Virus record (IMG/VR): IMGVR_UViG_3300036818_000070
Span: 1-64,000 of that record
Strand: one strand, 5' to 3'
DNA length: 64,000 nucleotides
Source of the DNA: a virus
Shown: one piece after another, positions 57,581 through 64,000 of the stretch
How positions within the stretch are numbered: the stretch's first letter is position 1
How the letters are laid out: every line of letters starts with the position of its first letter
Made by a program: the position numbers and the translations under genes
The notes under the pieces: model-generated
Told to the model about the DNA's origin: nothing
The model's database searches: none
What the model saw: only the letters and a program-made list of their open reading frames with translations

Positions 57581-58428
57581 GCCTGCCGGTTGACACCCCG
57601 CTCGATCTCGGTCAGCTCGGGAGCAGCCCCTCAGCCCCGGCTTCGGGTCGCCTGCGCATATGGGCGGACTCGGATGGCTCCGTGTATGTCACGGACAGCT
57701 CGGGCACCACTACGCTCGTCGGCCCCGGCCTGACTGCGGCCGACGTCACTAACGCCGCCGACACCAGCTCGGACGACGTGCAGGAGTTCACGGGGTTCGT
57801 GGAGACGCCTGTGCTGATCTCCTCTGGATACGCGGGCGCGACCTATGGACTCGACGGCACCAACCGCTTCCTGGGGGCCACGAGTAGTGGGCCGCCGAGT
57901 GGCTACCCCATCTCGGGATGGCTGGAGGGCGACTGGTGCCTCGACCTGACGGGCGCGATATGGATGTGCACGACCGCCGGGAAGCCTGGCACCTGGACGA
58001 ACCTCACTAGCGCGGCGAACATTGGACTGGGCTCGGCCGCGATGATTCAGTCCTCCACAACGCAAGCGGTGACGGCAGCCACCTTCACGCCGATCACGAT
58101 GCCTTCGACCGTGTGGGACTACTCGTCCGGCGACGCGATGACCGCCACCGCCAGCCGGTTGACAGCCCCGGTGGCGGGTCTCTATCTCGCGACGGGCTGG
58201 ATTGAGTACCAGGAGGCCACTGAGGTCGCCCTTGAGGCGAACATACGCTGGAACGGAGCCACCTACGACCAGCCAGAAGAGGAGCCCGGAGTCTCGACAA
58301 GTCAAACGACCGGGCAGGCCACGGCCATGATGAAGCTAGCAGCCGGAGGGTATGCCGAGCTGGTGGGGTGGTCATCGGCGGCCGTAACCGTCCACTACGG
58401 GGCACTGCAAATGGCAAGAATCGGATGA
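57577..58428 (+). CDS. fibre/receptor-binding-like protein with C1q/TNF-like C-terminus
   Basis: W.CTTAG.PGTW; RLTAPVAGLY...LAAGGYAEL. Confidence 0.6.
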   Translation: MSLPVDTPLDLGQLGSSPSAPASGRLRIWADSDGSVYVTDSSGTTTLVGPGLTAADVTNAADTSSDDVQEFTGFVETPVLISSGYAGATYGLDGTNRFLGATSSGPPSGYPISGWLEGDWCLDLTGAIWMCTTAGKPGTWTNLTSAANIGLGSAAMIQSSTTQAVTAATFTPITMPSTVWDYSSGDAMTATASRLTAPVAGLYLATGWIEYQEATEVALEANIRWNGATYDQPEEEPGVSTSQTTGQATAMMKLAAGGYAELVGWSSAAVTVHYGALQMARIG

Positions 58429-58439
58429 GGCGGCTGTAG

Positions 58440-59363
58440 ATGATCGCGGCGACTATCGGCACGCAGTTCACGGCCTACACCGAAGAGGGTGTGACAGGGC
58501 TGGTCGGAACCATCGGAGTCACGCTCCAGGACGACCAGGGTAACGTCATCCAGGAGCGCACGACCGAGAACATCGCGGAGGTGGCGACCGGGTCCGGCAT
58601 CTACCAGTACACCGGCACTGCGCCGCTCAAGCCGGGGCCATATGTGGTGACGTGGGACACGGGTGGCGACCCGCCACAAACCTTCAACGAGATGATGCTC
58701 GCCACGCCAGCCGTCACCCACGGAGGCGAGATCGAGACCGTCGCCGACCTTACGGACCTCTTGGTGCTGGTGCCGTGGGCCAAACGCGCGTGCGAGGGGC
58801 CATACGGACCGCCCCCTGGACAGTCCACGCTGACCAATGATCTGCTGTATCCGATGGTCGCCGACGCCTGCTCCGAGATCATCTTGTACTCGGGGTCGCT
58901 GTTTGGCCACCAGCTTCATGTCAAGAGTCGTGACCCCACCGCGGGATTCCCGACGGGCTGGCGAACCGACAAGGTTCTCAACCAGTGGGAGGGCGCGGTC
59001 GTCATCTGTCAGGTTGCACTCGACTATCTGCGCTTCCTGTACCGCGACCTCAAGACCACCCTGTCCATCAAGAATGAGGGCACCGAGTATTCCTACTCGA
59101 TGTCACCGACCATCGTGGCGGCGTGGATCAAGCAGCTTCAGTCCGACCGCGACAAGGCCATCGACGGGCTCCGCGCGCACAACGTCGTGCTCGATCAGTA
59201 CGCCTCCAACATCCGGGTGCGCGACCCGGCAACTGTGGCGATCTTGGAGTGGTGGGACACCAACGAGTTTGACGGTGTCGGCTCGCTCGGAATGCCGGGC
59301 GGCCAGGAAGCGGCCGTCATTCCGTGGACCCCCGGCTGGTCTGGCCCAGGCTTCACGCCATGA
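58440..59363 (+). CDS. head-tail adaptor (putative)
   Basis: Position; Ig-like N-terminus. Confidence 0.5.
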   Translation: MIAATIGTQFTAYTEEGVTGLVGTIGVTLQDDQGNVIQERTTENIAEVATGSGIYQYTGTAPLKPGPYVVTWDTGGDPPQTFNEMMLATPAVTHGGEIETVADLTDLLVLVPWAKRACEGPYGPPPGQSTLTNDLLYPMVADACSEIILYSGSLFGHQLHVKSRDPTAGFPTGWRTDKVLNQWEGAVVICQVALDYLRFLYRDLKTTLSIKNEGTEYSYSMSPTIVAAWIKQLQSDRDKAIDGLRAHNVVLDQYASNIRVRDPATVAILEWWDTNEFDGVGSLGMPGGQEAAVIPWTPGWSGPGFTP

Positions 59364-59809
59364 GCTTCACGATCGGCACCGGAGACGTCGCGGACTTCGT
59401 AGCGGCACAGGACTCGCTCCGCGCGCAACTCGGCGCCGAGGTTACGTTCGGCGTCCCAACCGACCCGCAGTGGCCCGAGGGCACGGCCATCAACGCCGAC
59501 ACCGGCGTGCCGTTCGACGCAACGGTAGTTCAGTCGAACGCCGAGTTCGACTACACGACGATCACCTGCCTGGTCATCGAAAAGCAGGGGTCGCCGCTAC
59601 GACCACAGGCGGATACCTACTTCAACCAGTCGGGCTTTCGCTCTGGCATGGACATCATCTTGGACGTGGCCACTGCCGACTACGAGGCCACCGTGGCCAA
59701 CGCGACGACGTTCACGGTCGATGGAGACGACTTCTCGGTCGAGGAAGCCAAGCCCTTCTCGATCGGCACGACCATCTATCGGTACATCGTCTACGGAGCC
59801 GCCAAGTGA
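59360..59809 (+). CDS. head-closure/stopper protein (putative)
   Basis: Position, beta-rich. Confidence 0.5.
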   Translation: MSFTIGTGDVADFVAAQDSLRAQLGAEVTFGVPTDPQWPEGTAINADTGVPFDATVVQSNAEFDYTTITCLVIEKQGSPLRPQADTYFNQSGFRSGMDIILDVATADYEATVANATTFTVDGDDFSVEEAKPFSIGTTIYRYIVYGAAK

Positions 59810-60360
59810 GCACGAACACGCCCAACCTCCTGCGCGCCGAGTTGGTCGAAGCATCCGTGCGCCGCTGCCTCATCTCACTGCTGCCGAACTACGGCATGGT
59901 CATGCAGCAGGAGGGCTTCAGCGGCCCGGCGCCCAACGTCGTCTTCCGGGAAGCGTTCCCAACACCCGACGAGCGCGAAAGCGAGCTGACAGTAACCACC
60001 GTGTCCTTCGGCTTCAGTGTCGATGACGGCGGCGTCCCCGCCGAGCTGGGCACGACGCTGACGAAGTATGTCCACACGATCACGGCCTGGGTGTTCGCGC
60101 TTGAGCCGCGCTTCGGGCGCAAGGTCGCCTGGGCGATGCAGGCGGCGTCACGTATCGGCCCCGGTCCCTATGGGCTGCCGGACACCATCCCGTTACTGGA
60201 CTTCAACGCGGACCCAGACGACCCGCCGCAGATCGACATTCTTTGCACGCTCGGCTCCCAGGTAGCGCACCAGGGCAACAACAGCATCCGACCGTGGGAC
60301 AAGTACGTGTGGACGACGACGATCAACGTCCGCGACATCGCCGAGGTGGACGCTTCGTGA
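59806..60360 (+). CDS. tail terminator (putative)
   Basis: Position. Confidence 0.45.
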   Translation: MSTNTPNLLRAELVEASVRRCLISLLPNYGMVMQQEGFSGPAPNVVFREAFPTPDERESELTVTTVSFGFSVDDGGVPAELGTTLTKYVHTITAWVFALEPRFGRKVAWAMQAASRIGPGPYGLPDTIPLLDFNADPDDPPQIDILCTLGSQVAHQGNNSIRPWDKYVWTTTINVRDIAEVDAS

Positions 60361-61064
60361 GCTTCACCGTCCCAGGCGGGAGAAGCGACTTCCACGAGTT
60401 CGCCTTCGTGTGCTACGGCAAGGACATCCCCGACGTCATACGCAACGCCGTGGACATCCAGGCGGTGGCCGAGAAGGTCGGCTACGCCACCTACGCCGAC
60501 CGGCTCGGGCGCGCGCTGGACACGCTCACGCGCGACATGGAGCACCTCGGCGAGCAGATGGCCGTCCTCGGCACCCTCACGCTACGACAGATCGAGCGCG
60601 CCACCCGCGTCAGGCCGGAGGCTCACCGCTCCGGTCACAAGAGCCTCAACGACTCCCTCTATGCACGTCCGCTCGCGATACCCGGCGGCATTGGCATCGC
60701 CGACTTCGTCGTGCTCGATCGCGATGTCCGCTGGTGGCCCACCAACGAGTTCGGTTCCAACGCACGCGTCGGCGGCCGACTGTTCGGAACATTCACAGGC
60801 GGCTCGGGCGACTCGCCACCGGACCCCTCACAGTTTCGCCAGCACGCCATGTTCGAGTCCGGCGACGGCCCCGACGCAGGGCTTGGCATCATCACGAACC
60901 CGATACCGGCCAGGCACTTCATCGAGGAGTCCGTCAAGGTCATCGACAAGGAGTGGCGAGCCAAGTACGACGCGGTCGTCGGCGCGTTCAACTCACAGCT
61001 AGACGACCTCCTCAAAGAGGTCGCGCGCCAGCTCAAGGCACAACGGGCCGGGGGCCTGCCGTGA
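60357..61064 (+). CDS. neck/tail-completion protein (putative)
   Basis: NEFG...IPARHFIE motif. Confidence 0.5.
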   Translation: MSFTVPGGRSDFHEFAFVCYGKDIPDVIRNAVDIQAVAEKVGYATYADRLGRALDTLTRDMEHLGEQMAVLGTLTLRQIERATRVRPEAHRSGHKSLNDSLYARPLAIPGGIGIADFVVLDRDVRWWPTNEFGSNARVGGRLFGTFTGGSGDSPPDPSQFRQHAMFESGDGPDAGLGIITNPIPARHFIEESVKVIDKEWRAKYDAVVGAFNSQLDDLLKEVARQLKAQRAGGLP

Positions 61065-61408
61065 GCAGTCTTGCGCGCCAACGGCAGTCGGGTGGAAAGC
61101 GCCGAGCGGCGTATATTAGCCCCAACCCCAAGGGCGATAGGGGGGTGGACCTGGCGGCCACCCTCCACAGGCGGCGGAAGAACGCGATGATCTCGCTGCT
61201 CAGCGAGTTCGAGACCGAAATCCAGCCCCTGATCGCCGGGAACGAACAGGCAATCGAGCATTTCAAGAGGAGCTGTCGAGAGAAACTGAACGCGGTCACG
61301 TTCGAGGCCATTGAGCTGATGCAGCTCGGGCCTGGCGAGGAGCTGAACGAACTGGCGGTCGATCTCACAGCACGTCTTCAGTCCGGCGATAACGGAGGCA
61401 CCAAGTAA
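61061..61408 (+). CDS. hypothetical protein
   Basis: GTGA overlap. Confidence 0.5.
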   Translation: MSSLARQRQSGGKRRAAYISPNPKGDRGVDLAATLHRRRKNAMISLLSEFETEIQPLIAGNEQAIEHFKRSCREKLNAVTFEAIELMQLGPGEELNELAVDLTARLQSGDNGGTK

Positions 61409-62695
61409 ATGAGCGGCATTCCCGCAGGAGCAATCGTCCACGTCGGCGGCAAGACGGTCCTCAATCGTCTCCAGAACGTTGGGCTCCAGGACCCCAAGGT
61501 CCCCACCCAGATCGTCTACGAGACGGGCAACAACCTGGCCGTCGGCAAGATTCTGACCGAAGCCGACTTCCGCTTCCAGATGACGTCGTGGGATGTCTCC
61601 ACCGACCTGATGGCGTTGCTGACCGGCGAGTCAGCGACAGCCCTTGGCGACCAGATCAGCGGCGCCGACGACGCGGGCACCGTCTACAAGTGGGAGGACG
61701 TCGGCGCCTTCAACCTGACGTCGCCGTGGAAGTCGAACACCGGCAGCCAGGGCGGCAACATCGAGGCGGGTGTCATCATCCCGAACCTCTACCCGACGGC
61801 ACTGTCTTATCGCCTCGGCGTCACCGATAACGCCGAGATGCAGGTCACGCTCGCGTCGGGCTCGTACTTCATGGCGGAGAAGATGCCGCTGGAGGAGTAC
61901 GCGACGGGCGACGGCACCACGGCCGCGTTCCAGACCGCCAACACGGCTGGCACCTACCGCATCGGCGGCGCGGGCTCGACCAACTACATGCACGTCTTCG
62001 GCGTCATGGTGGATGGCGTCCAGCAGATTCCGGGCATCGACTACACCGAGTCGGGCGGCGCGAATGCCGACGTGACAGACACGAAGGTGACGATCACCTT
62101 CGCCGTGATTCCCGGCGACGGCGCGATCGTCAAGTACTGCTACTTCAGCGATACCGCCGCCGCCATCCCGCAGGACGACAACCTGCCCGCCTCGGCAACA
62201 CTCCCGGCCGCCGTCCGTGGTCGCGACATCACCCTGCTGGTGGGCGACCCCCACGGCACGGGCGACGACGCGCCGCTGTCACTGTACGGCGTTCAGACGT
62301 TCGAGCTTCAAGCGAGCGTCTCGGGTTCCCTGCTGCGCCAGATGGGGACGCAGGACCCGATCGGCTTCGCCAACACCGGCATCGACACCACGGGCACCGT
62401 CACGATCGAGCCCGCCTCGATCGAGAAGCTGTTCCAGTTCATGTCGGCCTCGATGGGGATTGCCGAGTCGGAGGTGTACGGGTACATCAACCAGTTCACC
62501 TTCCCGCTCACTGCGGTCATCCACGAGCCGGGCGGCTCCGACATCATCAAGTCGATCTTCGTGCCCGACGCCTTCTTCCAGGCGCCCGGCGAGAACGCCC
62601 GCGTTCAGACGGTGACCCAGTACCCGATCAGCTTCGAGTCAATGACGGGCACCTTCCACGAGGTCAAGGGCGACCTGCCGACCGTCGGGGAGTAG
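61409..62695 (+). CDS. major tail tube protein with inserted beta domain
   Basis: 428 aa, position, SD GGAGG; inserted GDGTTAAF...VMVDGVQQ.PG.DY module. Confidence 0.7.
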   Translation: MSGIPAGAIVHVGGKTVLNRLQNVGLQDPKVPTQIVYETGNNLAVGKILTEADFRFQMTSWDVSTDLMALLTGESATALGDQISGADDAGTVYKWEDVGAFNLTSPWKSNTGSQGGNIEAGVIIPNLYPTALSYRLGVTDNAEMQVTLASGSYFMAEKMPLEEYATGDGTTAAFQTANTAGTYRIGGAGSTNYMHVFGVMVDGVQQIPGIDYTESGGANADVTDTKVTITFAVIPGDGAIVKYCYFSDTAAAIPQDDNLPASATLPAAVRGRDITLLVGDPHGTGDDAPLSLYGVQTFELQASVSGSLLRQMGTQDPIGFANTGIDTTGTVTIEPASIEKLFQFMSASMGIAESEVYGYINQFTFPLTAVIHEPGGSDIIKSIFVPDAFFQAPGENARVQTVTQYPISFESMTGTFHEVKGDLPTVGE

Positions 62696-62697
62696 TC

Positions 62698-63117
62698 GTG
62701 AGCGGTCAGGTCATCACACAGGCGGCGGCGGCCGTCGCTGCGCCACAGGCATCCGTATCGCTCCCGGAGGCCACCAGCACCCTCGTGCTCGCAGCCAACC
62801 CGGAGCGCGCCGAGGCCATCATCAGCGTTCCGGCGGGAGACACGATCTTCCTCGGGCTCGGCGAGGATGCTGTCGCGACCACCGGCATCGCAGTGGTCGG
62901 CGGCGGCGAGCCGTTCAGGACCACGAACTGGAAGGGCGACATCAACGCGATCTCGGCCACCGCGATCGACGTCGCCGTCACCGAGCTGGTCTACAACGCG
63001 GGCGACCCGGACAGCAACAACGAGCTGGACGAGGGTGCCAGCACGTTCGTCCCGGAGGGTCCGTCAGATGGCCACCCGTCCACGGACGTTCCGACGTTCA
63101 ACGTCTTCGGGCAATAG
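62698..63117 (+). CDS. virion-associated beta protein
   Basis: VLAANPER..AII...IFLG. Confidence 0.6.
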   Translation: MSGQVITQAAAAVAAPQASVSLPEATSTLVLAANPERAEAIISVPAGDTIFLGLGEDAVATTGIAVVGGGEPFRTTNWKGDINAISATAIDVAVTELVYNAGDPDSNNELDEGASTFVPEGPSDGHPSTDVPTFNVFGQ

Positions 63118-63174
63118 CGCCCAGCGGTAGTTCGGCAGTACGACCGGGGCGCGAGTCCCACGAGAGGAGTTCAC

Positions 63175-64000
63175 ATGGAAGGTTCGGTCGCCACCAAGGA
63201 AGCGCCGCCGGAGCCCGCAGCATCGTTCGACGGCAACGCTGAGGCTACGCGCACCACCGAGGAGCTGTTCCAGTGGTCAACCTACGTGCACGTCGGCACG
63301 GGTGCGGCTGGGTGCAAGCATGGCGAGGACGGCGGCTGCGTTGACCCCCGCCACTTCCACTGCTGGCTGACGATGCCCAACGTCTTCCAGCAGCGCGATA
63401 TCCAAGACAAGGCGCAGGCAGCCAAGGCGCGAAAGCGGCGCACGCTACACGACGAAGAGTCCGACGCGCGCATCGTCCTGGAGGAGCAGATCGAGGCATG
63501 GGGGTCCACCGAGGAGTCGATGCGGCTGTTGATCGACCGGCTCGCGGACCAGCGCGTGCGACCGGAGTGGATTGAGATTCGCCACCGGCTCGTGGACACT
63601 GATCGCTTCGAGCACATCGACGCCGATATCGAGGAGTTGACGCGGCTGATCGCGGTCCCGGAGGACGAGCGGGACGCCGACGAGTTCGCGCGGCTGGACG
63701 AGCACGTCAAGGCATTCCGCGACGAGTACGAGGGGGCCATCGCCACACAGGTCGGCTCCGAAGTCGCGCGTCTCACCGCGATGCCGAAGGCGGAGGTCCT
63801 CGACCTGGAGCGCGCCAACGTGATCGACTACACGTGCGGCGAGTCGTTCCTCAACACGATGTATACGTGGACCTACTACGCCTGCGCCCGCAAGCCCGTC
63901 GAAAATGGGTACCCAGAGGAGCGAGCGTTCCCAAGACCCGAGAGCCTCAAGGCGGCACCGCCCGAGGTCGTCGTGGCCCTCCGTGACGCCTACCGGGAGC
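63175..64000 (+). CDS. tail assembly chaperone-like protein (partial, runs off window)
   Basis: GAGAGGAG SD, ATG 63175, no stop seen; position after tail tube gene. Confidence 0.55.
   Translation, partial: MEGSVATKEAPPEPAASFDGNAEATRTTEELFQWSTYVHVGTGAAGCKHGEDGGCVDPRHFHCWLTMPNVFQQRDIQDKAQAAKARKRRTLHDEESDARIVLEEQIEAWGSTEESMRLLIDRLADQRVRPEWIEIRHRLVDTDRFEHIDADIEELTRLIAVPEDERDADEFARLDEHVKAFRDEYEGAIATQVGSEVARLTAMPKAEVLDLERANVIDYTCGESFLNTMYTWTYYACARKPVENGYPEERAFPRPESLKAAPPEVVVALRDAYRE

Noticed and set aside
58837-59805. N-terminal extension giving a 507-aa ORF (also 60410-61060, 45773-45967, 17705-18172)
   Set aside because: Overlaps better-supported genes in other frames; real starts are downstream at coupled start/stop overlaps.
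63175-64000. Programmed frameshift in the tail assembly chaperone
   Set aside because: Gene is truncated by the window edge; no clear slippery site identified.

Overview
The whole window is part of a high-GC tailed dsDNA phage, probably a temperate siphovirus/prophage with actinobacterial-type features. It opens at the 3' end of a tmRNA-like gene followed by short repeats (possible att site). Next comes a rightward replication/recombination operon (RusA-like resolvase, PD-(D/E)XK nuclease, HTH replication initiator with internal iterons, DnaB helicase, sigma-70-family factor). A leftward accessory arm at ~10.8-26.9 kb carries a tyrosine recombinase, an HTH regulator, a RuvB homologue, a MoxR AAA+/VWA pair, an ArdA-like protein and many small ORFs. 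A divergent control region at ~26.2-29.6 kb holds a second sigma-like gene and two perfect LexA-type boxes. Then follow small rightward genes, a lysis cassette (~38.6-42.7 kb), and packaging, head and tail genes (terminase, portal, protease/scaffold, capsid, connectors, major tail protein), truncated at the right edge. The most notable signals are regulatory and non-coding: a 15-bp putative late-promoter motif (x4), a transcription-oriented GGAGTCTGGC motif (x11), a ~146-nt tRNA-like RNA between terminase and portal, a promoter/terminator-bounded ~93-nt sRNA with an anti-RBS, and a heavily structured leader upstream of the replication initiator. All protein calls come from motif recognition by eye, not from database searches.
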